DNA of 35,903 nt, filler included, from an uncultured Methanosarcinales archaeon (GTDB taxonomy: Archaea; Nanobdellota; Nanobdellia; Woesearchaeales; CAYVYK01): assembly GCA_964455675.1 (NCBI GenBank). It is 5 parts of 5 records of this genome, joined end to end, with 100 filler letters (N's around TTAATTAATTAA, not from the genome) between each part and the next. Parts side by side here need not be neighbours in the genome. Positions count along the whole stretch, not along the records: positions 13,297 to 22,840 come from CAYVYK010000022.1; positions 22,941 to 28,029 come from CAYVYK010000023.1; 3 more parts are not named here. The stretch is one strand, 5' to 3'. The notes under the pieces are model-generated. The model worked only from the letters and a program-made list of their open reading frames with translations. It had not been told where the DNA came from and ran no database searches. The position numbers and the translations under genes are program-made. Positions 17,675 through 26,465 of the stretch are shown in pieces (within the stretch, counting starts at the first letter, position 1; each line of letters begins with the position of its first letter).

Positions 17675-18547
17675 TTACGCAATCTCCCGCAAAACGTCAT
17701 CCAATCTCTCTCGATACTGCGCTGTACCGTTACCGTACCGCACGCATGCGTCTTTCCAATCATTCCAACCGACGATACGGACAGGATGATACTTCACTTC
17801 CCTATAGGTGACAGACGTACCTGGAACAGGCTCGACCTTAGGTGTGTAGCGAGCAATGCACGAAGGAGCAGTGCGCAACTTTTTTGCGAGCCGGTCCGTC
17901 GGAAGCGTAAAGGATTTCTTATTCTTATCTAGATCGGATGGCTTAATCGTATACGACTTTACCTCGCCAATCTCGTCGTAATTCTTGAACACCGCGGCTT
18001 TCAGCACGAGGCCACCGAGGCCGAGCCAGAGCATATCCCCGGCGGAGAAACGTCCATCACGCATGAAGTCAGAGTAATCCCAAACCTGCGACTTCGTGAG
18101 GGGATTTCGCTTTGCTCTTGGGACGCCTTTGTACTTTTGAAAATCGCCAATCAGACGGACAGCATCGTTCCCATTCGTGATGTGATCAAACAGGGGATCT
18201 CCCTCATGCAGCATACTCAAAGGATCATGAAAGAACTGATTGTACGAGGGCACTTTGCAGCAGCGGTGAAGTGGAGAGCCGGACTCCACATGAATCATTG
18301 CGAGCACGATTGAAGGCTCAAGAGGACTTGAAAATGCAAAACGCTCATTATACCAGTCAACAAAATCATGCACCGGCTGCCGATACGTCTCCAAGTGGGC
18401 ATATTTTTGCGGAACGGATCCTGCACGATGTTCCAAGGAATGCTGACCTTTTGACGCGGGAGAATCATTGCATCCAACACCATAGACTGCGAGGGCTGAG
18501 GAAAGAATCGTGAGCGCTCCAACTCTAAGGAACTCTCTGCGTTCCAT
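17675..18547 (-). CDS. Tat-exported lipoprotein with lytic transglycosylase (SLT)-like motifs and a LysM-like insert
   Basis: MERREFL twin-Arg signal and GVGC lipobox; SIVLAMIHVESG catalytic-Glu motif; SYTIKPSD...RLAKKL...PGTSVTY LysM-like segment; WKDACVRYGNG..QY C-terminal SLT-like motif. Confidence 0.65.
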   Translation of the reverse strand: MERREFLRVGALTILSSALAVYGVGCNDSPASKGQHSLEHRAGSVPQKYAHLETYRQPVHDFVDWYNERFAFSSPLEPSIVLAMIHVESGSPLHRCCKVPSYNQFFHDPLSMLHEGDPLFDHITNGNDAVRLIGDFQKYKGVPRAKRNPLTKSQVWDYSDFMRDGRFSAGDMLWLGLGGLVLKAAVFKNYDEIGEVKSYTIKPSDLDKNKKSFTLPTDRLAKKLRTAPSCIARYTPKVEPVPGTSVTYREVKYHPVRIVGWNDWKDACVRYGNGTAQYRERLDDVLREIA

Positions 18548-18668
18548 ATCTTCATTACCCCCAGTCATTATGTCACCATTAGATAGTGGTTATACTCCAT
18601 CGTCTAGTTTAAATAGGTTATATATAAAGGTTGCGGTCTTTTTGCTCAGTTTCTTAAGGGGGGAAGAA

Positions 18669-19463
18669 TCAATGGGTGCTTCTTCGAATAGCGTAGCAGT
18701 CCGGATGGCGCAATGGCAGATGCTCAGAATACGGAAGCCAAACACCGGACGCGCAATGAATGGACTTGTAGGTTCCGATCAGCTCGAGCATCTCTCGAAG
18801 CGCCATAACCGCACCACCAGTCGAAATATCCTCAGCAACAATCCATACATGCTTGCCGTTCAGAAAGTGCTGATGGTACTTTTCCTCCTCTGCAACCGGA
18901 TGAGGATTGTGGGAGCCATCAGGAAGAGCGGAATTCTTAATGCCCCACGCAGGAACATCAAGCGCAGCAGCAACCGCAAGTCCCGTGCGATAGCCATCAT
19001 GACCATCCATCACAATGCAGTCAACCTTCCGGTGGCTCATCTTTGCCGCAAGATCCTCAAGAATTGAAGGGGCATAGGAACACCAACTGATGAAGTCAGG
19101 CTTCTCACGCACAGGAGCCGCAAGCAAACTTCCGGACACATATAACGCATTCACGAGCGGCCTCGCCTTTGCATATCTCCCCTGAAAGATGTACACAGCG
19201 GCTTTCTCAAGCAGAACCTTATCAATGATAACATTTCGCTTCTCGCGCAACGCAAAATCCGTCAAACCGCTCAAGAGCCGAGGAGTGTCAAGGAACAAAT
19301 GCAGCGCAGAGACATTCAACTGAGGATTGTCAAGCGCTGAGGCGACAGTATTCAGAGTATCAAGAAAGTTCCCGTCATAGTCCATAAATTTGCCCGCATC
19401 AGCTCGACCGAAGGAAATGTAACCTCTTTTCTCAAGCCGCCCAATCCGCTCGATGAGATTCAT
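18669..19463 (-). CDS. Type I phosphoribosyltransferase-fold protein
   Basis: VWIVAEDISTGGA PRPP-binding-like loop and GLAVAAALDVP; the ATG overlaps the upstream stop (ATGA). Confidence 0.7.
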   Translation of the reverse strand: MNLIERIGRLEKRGYISFGRADAGKFMDYDGNFLDTLNTVASALDNPQLNVSALHLFLDTPRLLSGLTDFALREKRNVIIDKVLLEKAAVYIFQGRYAKARPLVNALYVSGSLLAAPVREKPDFISWCSYAPSILEDLAAKMSHRKVDCIVMDGHDGYRTGLAVAAALDVPAWGIKNSALPDGSHNPHPVAEEEKYHQHFLNGKHVWIVAEDISTGGAVMALREMLELIGTYKSIHCASGVWLPYSEHLPLRHPDCYAIRRSTH

Positions 19464-20455
19464 GCCGACCACGCCCTGAGCAAACCAGAGGCAGCGCGAG
19501 GACTCTGATGCAGAGACTTATACATGCGATATAGACTATCCGCGAGCATCGCAACACCGACCGCAGGTATGGCACAGAGCGCCGCACCACCATAGCCCCC
19601 CATATCGACACCAGCAGTCACAAGATTCGTCGTCTGACCGGCAAGCGCGATCGGAACCATCGTCTCGGCAAAATGCATGGCATTCATCTCAGCAGGCGTC
19701 AAGGTATTCATCATTTGATCATGCGAACCAAACAGGAAAACAGCAACTTTTTTTCCGAGGCTCCCATAATATTTCTCGATGTCAGTCTTTCCACAGAGCG
19801 CGTTCAGAGAGAAAACCGGATAGCGATGATCGCGCGGAAGCATTCTTTTTGACACCGCCTGATACTGAATGTCTTCAGAAGCAAAAAGCCTAGCCATATC
19901 CTGATGAAATCCATGCATGGAATTCACCCTCTCTTGAAGCGTCCCATGCTTCGTCGCGTTCCTCACAGGATCAAGCATTTCCCGAAATCTTCCTTTTTCG
20001 ACGACAGTCGAGGCAAAAGGATCCTTGGAACAGCAGGGAAGCACGTAAGATTCCGCCGGACAGATAACGCCTTCTGGGACAGTGCCTTTCCCGACAGCAC
20101 CCTCAGGATGAAGCGTCGCGTAATACCATCCTGCATGGAGGAACTCCACTTTAACATTATCAAGCTGACGCATCCGGACCATCAACGGATGCGATTCAAC
20201 ATAGAGAAGCGGACCACGAGCCACACCAGGAAGGGCCCACTCATGAAGCAATACCGAGTAGGAAACCGGATCATGTTCTGGAAGGTTCACATGATTCTTC
20301 TTGTAATACCGTCTCGCCTCCGGAAACGCAATATTGCGCACACCCACAAGTGTCGCCTGATAGGAATGCCTGAAGTACTCATCGAGCATCGCATCAAGAT
20401 CGACACCCTGACCGTCCGATATCGTCGTTACCGCTGAACCGATGAGGAGAGACAT
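19460..20455 (-). CDS. Hypothetical protein with C-terminal hydrophobic segment
   Basis: 331-aa ORF with ATTTATAT box at ~20481-20488; translationally coupled to the PRTase-like gene. Confidence 0.7.
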   Translation of the reverse strand: MSLLIGSAVTTISDGQGVDLDAMLDEYFRHSYQATLVGVRNIAFPEARRYYKKNHVNLPEHDPVSYSVLLHEWALPGVARGPLLYVESHPLMVRMRQLDNVKVEFLHAGWYYATLHPEGAVGKGTVPEGVICPAESYVLPCCSKDPFASTVVEKGRFREMLDPVRNATKHGTLQERVNSMHGFHQDMARLFASEDIQYQAVSKRMLPRDHRYPVFSLNALCGKTDIEKYYGSLGKKVAVFLFGSHDQMMNTLTPAEMNAMHFAETMVPIALAGQTTNLVTAGVDMGGYGGAALCAIPAVGVAMLADSLYRMYKSLHQSPRAASGLLRAWSA

Positions 20456-20541
20456 GACTACTGGAGAATACCACGAGCAATATAAATGGTGCTATATCGA
20501 CGAGAGTCCACGCAACCGTATCTATATATAGTACTTAGCGG

Positions 20542-21048
20542 ATGATGATAGTCATGAACGCACGGATTCTCGAGCACGATTACTCAAAGCATTACAGTAG
20601 TCTTATGGCAATGGCGTACAAGACACTACGAAACATCCATGACGCGGAGGAAGCAGTCGCGCACGCATACGCACGAGCAACAGAGCGAATCAACAGTTAC
20701 GACCCATCGAAAGGAACAGTATTCCGATGGCTGCGCGCGATCACTCTACATTCAATCAGCGACATTGCGGAGCGAAAGACCGTACGCGCGAGCGACGGCA
20801 AGGGAATTGATCTTGCGCAGATTGCCTCACGGGAACAGGTTCCTCTGGAACACGTTGTTCGCGAGGAAGAACGCGGCGAAGCCGCACGACACATACTCTC
20901 AGATCCGCTGCTCATACAGCATTACTACCAAGGCCTCACGTACGAACAGATCGGGAGAATAGCAGGCATTGGCCTTGGGACCGTGCGAAGCAGATTTCAC
21001 CGAGCATACATGCGCGCGCGGAAAGCACTTGCACATCTTGGGCCTTGA
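20542..21048 (+). CDS. ECF-type sigma-70-like protein (regions 2 and 4)
   Basis: AYKTLRNIHDAEEAV...YDPSKGTVFRWLRAI (region 2) and HYYQGLTYEQIGRIAGIGLGTVRSRFHRA (region 4 HTH). TATA CTATATATAG at ~20522-20531 suggests the true start may be ATG 20554. Confidence 0.85.
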   Translation: MMIVMNARILEHDYSKHYSSLMAMAYKTLRNIHDAEEAVAHAYARATERINSYDPSKGTVFRWLRAITLHSISDIAERKTVRASDGKGIDLAQIASREQVPLEHVVREEERGEAARHILSDPLLIQHYYQGLTYEQIGRIAGIGLGTVRSRFHRAYMRARKALAHLGP

Positions 21049-21089
21049 AGAGGTGGTGAACTGATGGCGAAGAGTTATCCCGTTCAAGA

Positions 21090-22595
21090 TCAGATTGTAA
21101 GGATCTTCTCTTCATCTGCAATTGGATTATTTGCGGAGTCACGCAGCTTACCTGCAGCATATTCCGTATCATCAGCCGTGGTTCCTGCAACAAGTATGTA
21201 GTGCTTTTCGTTCACATCGATTCGCTTCAGAAGAGCTTTGCCAGGAGGAAGTGACCAGTCACTGCATCGGTAGCCAGGCATGTCGCGTAAAAGATCCGCA
21301 ACAATACTGTTTGCGCATGGACCTCCAATTAATACAGCTATCTCATGATTACCAGCAGAGGAAGCATGCCGGATATTGTTTGTTGATTGTGGTAGTATCT
21401 CCGCAAGTCGACGTGCCGCTGCATCGTCAGCTGATGTTTCTCCCGTGATGACGGTTGAGGAGGGATTGCTCTTAGCTCCAAGGAGAAAGTTGTTGATGCT
21501 CTTCCCTTTCGCGAACCAATCATCATCCGCTTCTATGGCAACAAAAACATGAGAATCACTCGCCACATCGATGAGGCCCCGTTCCTTCAGGACAAGCGTA
21601 AGCTCAAGCTGTCCTTGGAAAAAATCCCTCATGGGCACCGGCTTTCCGGTTTGAAAACTGACAAAATTCATGTAGGGATGAAGATCAATCGAAAGCTGCC
21701 CGCTATGTTCACCGGGAGCAATATTTACGAGGCTACAGCTCGGATTATACGAAGGAGAAGTCAATGGATCGCAGATAAAGCCTCCGAAAATGTTCTCATT
21801 CGAAGACAGTTGTCTTGCATCAAGTCGTAATTGCATTTCTGACAAACTTTGAGAGCTCTCTATCGTGAAATCAAACGTAATTCGCCCGTCCTCGGACTTA
21901 AAGTTTTTTATCTCAAGATTGACCTCATCAGCCCCATCATCCTCACAATCTTCGGGGCAGTAATACTGCCGAGTCCATTCTTCTTCGTGGTATCCGCACG
22001 TGCCATCGCCACACGTTGGATAACAGTATCTCATGCATTCATTCTCATCATGCAAGAATGTAATGTCCGCCTCACAGCCAGGCGTTGGAAATTTCTTGTC
22101 TATCCATGCCAATATAAACTTGGTACCACGGAACTCCTTAGCCTGTCCAAGTCCAATCGTAAAAGAGTCAGGATTTTCAGGGTAAACTCGAAGAGAAATT
22201 TTTTGGGGATCTGGATCTAAATAGAAATCCAATGTCAGCCCACCACACACTAACTTTTGAGTACTAGTTAACGTACATTCATTTCCGTCAACTGATACGA
22301 CGGCAGTCCTACTGTGCAGGTCAGCAGTATCAATATCTGATACAAGGATAGTCCTACTGTCATACGTCACAGACTGTCCTTCCGACAAAGTTCCCAAAGG
22401 TTCAAACGGAACAACAACCGTCACCTCATTGCCTTCAACTCTACTCAGTGTGAGAGCATAATCAAAGTAACCGGAAGCGTGCGGTGAATTACACGAGACG
22501 CTTGATGATTCTAAAGAATCACACTCGTCGATATCGCATGCCAGTGCCACAGGGACAAGTAATACCAGCAATACAAGGATCCCAATAAGTTTCAT
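21090..22595 (-). CDS. Secreted Cys-rich surface protein with S-layer-type C-terminal domain
   Basis: Signal peptide MKLIGILVLLVLLVPVALA; CGDGTC...CPEDC motif; C-terminal LIGGPCAN...ILVAGTTADDT; GGAGGTGA ribosome-binding site. Confidence 0.8.
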   Translation of the reverse strand: MKLIGILVLLVLLVPVALACDIDECDSLESSSVSCNSPHASGYFDYALTLSRVEGNEVTVVVPFEPLGTLSEGQSVTYDSRTILVSDIDTADLHSRTAVVSVDGNECTLTSTQKLVCGGLTLDFYLDPDPQKISLRVYPENPDSFTIGLGQAKEFRGTKFILAWIDKKFPTPGCEADITFLHDENECMRYCYPTCGDGTCGYHEEEWTRQYYCPEDCEDDGADEVNLEIKNFKSEDGRITFDFTIESSQSLSEMQLRLDARQLSSNENIFGGFICDPLTSPSYNPSCSLVNIAPGEHSGQLSIDLHPYMNFVSFQTGKPVPMRDFFQGQLELTLVLKERGLIDVASDSHVFVAIEADDDWFAKGKSINNFLLGAKSNPSSTVITGETSADDAAARRLAEILPQSTNNIRHASSAGNHEIAVLIGGPCANSIVADLLRDMPGYRCSDWSLPPGKALLKRIDVNEKHYILVAGTTADDTEYAAGKLRDSANNPIADEEKILTI

Positions 22596-22673
22596 GTCCT
22601 TCACCTCCAATCTGATAGCCTCTTCTTGGAATTTATTAATCCGGATTCGAAATTCCGTGCCTGTCTATTCGCC

Positions 22674-22758
22674 CGATAGCCCCGCCCGGTACAAAAAAAT
22701 CCAACGGATTTTTTGGCCCGTTCGGGTCTATCTCACATCGTTCGATAGCCCCGCCCGG
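22674..22758 (-). repeat. 16-bp duplication of the tRNA-Gln 3' end enclosing an A-tract/T-tract hairpin
   Basis: CGATAGCCCCGCCCGG at 22674-22689 and 22743-22758; CAAAAAAATCC-AAC-GGATTTTTTG at 22692-22715. Confidence 0.9.
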
Positions 22759-22840
22759 ATTTGAACCGAGGTCACTGGCTTACCACCGACCACAAAGGCC
22801 GGCCAAAGGCCAGTATGATTGGCCGCTACACCACGGGGCT
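22746..22840 (-). tRNA. tRNA-Gln(TTG) with a 22-nt intron at position 37/38 (intron 22781-22802)
   Basis: Acceptor stem AGCCCCG/CGGGGCT plus A; anticodon arm CTGGC-CT-TTG-G^A-GCCAG; T-arm CTCGG-TTCAAAT-CCGGG. Removing 22 nt gives a 73-nt tRNA; no encoded CCA. Confidence 0.93.
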
Positions 22841-22940
22841 NNNNNNNNNNNNNNNNNNNNNNNNNNNNNNNNNNNNNNNNNNNNTTAATTAATTAANNNN
22901 NNNNNNNNNNNNNNNNNNNNNNNNNNNNNNNNNNNNNNNN
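22841..22940. other. Artificial contig linker
   Basis: N-run with TTAATTAATTAA. Confidence 0.98.
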
Positions 22941-22952
22941 TGTGGTGATACC

Positions 22953-24032
22953 ATGAAATCGATGTCCATGTTTCTCTTTCTTATAGTCATGTCATGCCTC
23001 CTATTCATCCCGAGCGCGCTTGGGTACGCAACATACGAAATTGACTATGACGAATTTGTCGATGGATATACTGCAGACATGGCTCCGGGCGACGCCATCG
23101 AGACAAGAATCCTCACGGATACGGGTGAGGAAACAATCAAGGTTACGGTTCTTTCTGTTACCATGGGAAGCATGGACGCTGTCGTTTCCCACAACGAGAA
23201 GCAAATGTACATGCTAGACGACGATAATTTCCCACGAGAACGTATGTTTGAGCTTACCGAGGATGAATATTATGATATCCTCATTAGACTCGACGGAATA
23301 ACGTATAATTCCCCGCGCGACAAGCGTGCAAATGTATTTGTCCAACAAGTACATGAGGGAATCCCTGCGAATGTCATTCTTCCCTATAGCTGCTGGAAGT
23401 ATTATGAATGCCCAGACGGCGAGAAGATCAAGATGTGCGACATGAACGATCAGGGATGCCTATGCCACTCCGTCAGCGTGCATGACTGTCCGAACTACAA
23501 GCCACCAACATGCGAAAAATTCTTCACGTGCCCGGATGGATCAACCGTCCGGTACTGTGAGAGAGTGCGGACGCAGGCAGGTGCGAATTCTGGCGGGGGA
23601 GGTTGCGGCTGCTTTGCGGCTCCTGAAAAACTCTGCAGGAGCGTCAGCGCATCACTACAGTATGCAACAACCAACCACAATCTTGGGGTAATCGCGGGAA
23701 CGCACGGAATAGATGACGGAAGCGCACAGATTGTTGCAGCCCTCAATCCCCAAGCGGCCGTTGGGCGCAGCACAGAAGATGCATCGGAAGATTATGTTGT
23801 CCTCATCGGCGGACCATGCGCAAACCAGGCTGTCGCAGACCTACTCGCAAACAGTGAGTACACCTGTTCCACTTGGCCACTGCGGGCCGGAAAATCTCTC
23901 ATCAAACTCATCCGAGGGAATAAGAACTATATCATCGTTGCCGGAACGACAGAAGCGGATACCGCAAAGGCTGCGCAATTTGTGAAAGATTTCCAGATCC
24001 ATGACATCAGTGCGGACGAGATGATTGTATAA
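22953..24032 (+). CDS. Secreted Cys-rich surface protein with S-layer-type C-terminal domain
   Basis: Signal peptide; two C.K...CPDG.....C...GC.C repeats; C-terminal LIGGPCAN...IIVAGTTEADT; GGTGAT ribosome-binding site. Confidence 0.8.
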   Translation: MKSMSMFLFLIVMSCLLFIPSALGYATYEIDYDEFVDGYTADMAPGDAIETRILTDTGEETIKVTVLSVTMGSMDAVVSHNEKQMYMLDDDNFPRERMFELTEDEYYDILIRLDGITYNSPRDKRANVFVQQVHEGIPANVILPYSCWKYYECPDGEKIKMCDMNDQGCLCHSVSVHDCPNYKPPTCEKFFTCPDGSTVRYCERVRTQAGANSGGGGCGCFAAPEKLCRSVSASLQYATTNHNLGVIAGTHGIDDGSAQIVAALNPQAAVGRSTEDASEDYVVLIGGPCANQAVADLLANSEYTCSTWPLRAGKSLIKLIRGNKNYIIVAGTTEADTAKAAQFVKDFQIHDISADEMIV

Positions 24033-24041
24033 CTGAAGAGA

Positions 24042-26465
24042 CTATATCCCGCCAGTGATGTACACTTCACTCATCTCATCGTTCACGATTCCATCATGCT
24101 CGGGATCAAGAGCCTCAAAGAGCTTTCCGGCAGCGTGCTGGAACGAATCATCAAGACGGTAGAGCACCTTTCCAGGAACATACGCGCATTCCCGATCTCC
24201 GTGATAGTCAAGAGGAATCGTGATATCACGCACGCCGCTCGGAAATCGTACCATCCAACGGCAGCCAACCGCGTGCTTCATCTCAGGTGCGAGACCCATC
24301 GACGCAGTATAATACACTGAAGTCTCAAAGCACTGTTCGTTACCGCCACTATAATCCGTCATCCGAACTGTATAAGAATTGAATGGCTGCAGGATACCCC
24401 GCGGAATCGGGAAGACGAAAGGATCACCGCGGACCATGTACGGAGGCTTGAACTCCGTAACGTCATACAGATTCTGACCGTTCACGTTGACACTTTCCGT
24501 CCAGAACGTACCAGCCCAGGAGAGTATCTCGGAGTCCTCAATCGTCAACCCTTGCGGAAGCATGAATGAACCCTGACAATCCGCGTCCTTTCGCACGTGC
24601 AGCTTAATGCTGTTTTCTGGAAGAGGAGGCAATGGAGTGTATTGGTAGTCAATGCTCCCCGAGAGGAGCTTAGATGGAATGGGACGCAGGTCTCGCGCGC
24701 CCTGTACGTACCGTGTGTGCACGGCGCGCTTTGAGGCGATCTGATCAGCAAACCGACGGTAAATCTCCTGCAATTCCGAGGCATTAGAGCTCTGGCCGTA
24801 GTTTGAGCAATTGTCAATGCATGCAAGCTCGTGCATGAAGTTCTCATCCGCGCTGATACCAAATGCGATCGCATAGATATGAATTCCCTGATCAAACGCT
24901 GTTTGCGCGAGCGCTAGAGCGTCCGAAAGCGCTTGACTGTCCGCGCAGTCATAGCTACCAGTCGCACCTTGCGGACACCAATTCGCAACACCATCCGTCA
25001 TGACGACCATTGCCCGGTAGCGGTCAGAACCCTGCAAGAGCTTTGTCGCGTCACGGATACCGCAACCAATGCAGGTCCAACCATCCGCAACATACATGTT
25101 AATTTTCGTCTCCAGCTCATACTTATCCGAGGTCAGATTCGCGATCTGCTGGAAATACGTGTTTGTGCTAAAACTGACCAGGCCAACGCGGTTCTCTTGA
25201 AGCCTATCGATAATTATGTTTGAGAACTCCCTCGCAAGGCACTTTGCGAGGGAAACCTTGGCGGTCGAGGGATCATAGATCATAGGATCAGTACACACGC
25301 GAAGCGCGCCATTCACATCATCCTGATCGAGCCTCCATGCCATGCTACCCGATACATCGCTGATCAGCACGGCATCAATCGGCTGGGGAACATCAATCTG
25401 CCTCATGTTCACACCCTTTGAGTCGATACCAATCCGCAGAGGATTCATACCTTGCCTCAGAGCGGAGAGCGGAACAGGGATAACTCCGCTCCATATATGA
25501 TTGGATACTATGTCGCGATACACCGTGGTATTTCCAATGTTCACGTAGAAATCCGAACCATTTAATTCACCAACGGAATATGCAAGATTGATGTTCATGC
25601 TCGTTGGGGGCCCAGGGAAATATACCCCATTGAAGTAGTTCACCGCGCCATCAATCGCAGGAAGTTCCATCACATGCGTCTGCGCAGGCTGAATCCTGCT
25701 TTCGTAGAGGACGCGCAGTCTTCCGCCAGCGATGTGCTTGCGGAACAGGTCGCCTGATAGGAAAGATATACGAATGCGTGTTGGATCTGCGATCAAGTTC
25801 TTGCACGAAGTTAGATCCCAGGAGTCAATATCGCCAGACGTCGTAAATATACCCTTGCAAGGTTGATCGTTGAAATATACCCTGAAATCACCGCCTGCGA
25901 TAATCTCGAGGCGGATGTCAAGAATATTGGCACTTTGTGGAATGCCCGAGAGATTTCTGACTAACACACCATTTCCCTCAAAGCCGCCAAAATCAATGTT
26001 GACGACCTGAATTGTCCGGTTACCACGCAGTGCGCTCTCGGCAGGAGTGATGTTCAATTTCTCATTGTGATACCGTACTTCAATAATTGCGGGAAGCGTG
26101 ATGTAGTCAAGCACGACATCTTCACGCTCGCCGCAACCGTACGCTTTTGACTGAATCGTGCCACAGAGATTGTTTTCTAAGATCAGCTTGAAGAACGACT
26201 CCTTGTCGAGCACTCCGGAACTCGTAAGATGCAACCGCATCGTCTCATCAGTATCACTAAATTTATTTGCTTCCCAGAAAGCAAGCACCTCCTCATAGAA
26301 TCCTGGTTGATCAACAGACTGAAACTCAAATGTCTTTTCGCGAAGCAGGGTACTCTTCATGTACTTCCCAAAACTAAGGTAGGGAATATCCGTGATAAAA
26401 CTCATGAACACAGCGCCGACAATGAGTGCGACAACCACAAACACCGCAACCTCCACAGCCTTCAT
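24042..26465 (-). CDS. vWA-domain surface protein with N-terminal membrane anchor or pilin-like leader
   Basis: MKAVEVAVFVVVALIVGAVF; MIDAS DVSGS, GWTCIGCGI, VMTDG and YAIAFG. Confidence 0.85.
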   Translation of the reverse strand: MKAVEVAVFVVVALIVGAVFMSFITDIPYLSFGKYMKSTLLREKTFEFQSVDQPGFYEEVLAFWEANKFSDTDETMRLHLTSSGVLDKESFFKLILENNLCGTIQSKAYGCGEREDVVLDYITLPAIIEVRYHNEKLNITPAESALRGNRTIQVVNIDFGGFEGNGVLVRNLSGIPQSANILDIRLEIIAGGDFRVYFNDQPCKGIFTTSGDIDSWDLTSCKNLIADPTRIRISFLSGDLFRKHIAGGRLRVLYESRIQPAQTHVMELPAIDGAVNYFNGVYFPGPPTSMNINLAYSVGELNGSDFYVNIGNTTVYRDIVSNHIWSGVIPVPLSALRQGMNPLRIGIDSKGVNMRQIDVPQPIDAVLISDVSGSMAWRLDQDDVNGALRVCTDPMIYDPSTAKVSLAKCLAREFSNIIIDRLQENRVGLVSFSTNTYFQQIANLTSDKYELETKINMYVADGWTCIGCGIRDATKLLQGSDRYRAMVVMTDGVANWCPQGATGSYDCADSQALSDALALAQTAFDQGIHIYAIAFGISADENFMHELACIDNCSNYGQSSNASELQEIYRRFADQIASKRAVHTRYVQGARDLRPIPSKLLSGSIDYQYTPLPPLPENSIKLHVRKDADCQGSFMLPQGLTIEDSEILSWAGTFWTESVNVNGQNLYDVTEFKPPYMVRGDPFVFPIPRGILQPFNSYTVRMTDYSGGNEQCFETSVYYTASMGLAPEMKHAVGCRWMVRFPSGVRDITIPLDYHGDRECAYVPGKVLYRLDDSFQHAAGKLFEALDPEHDGIVNDEMSEVYITGGI

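Noticed and set aside
14528..22689. Integrated element or provirus at tRNA-Gln
   Set aside because: The block is ORFan-rich, but I saw no integrase, no distal att copy and no viral genes; the only tRNA-end duplicate is 69 bp away.
21090..24032. Divergent pair of S-layer-like genes flanking a tRNA as one locus
   Set aside because: A contig linker separates them, so the adjacency is not established.
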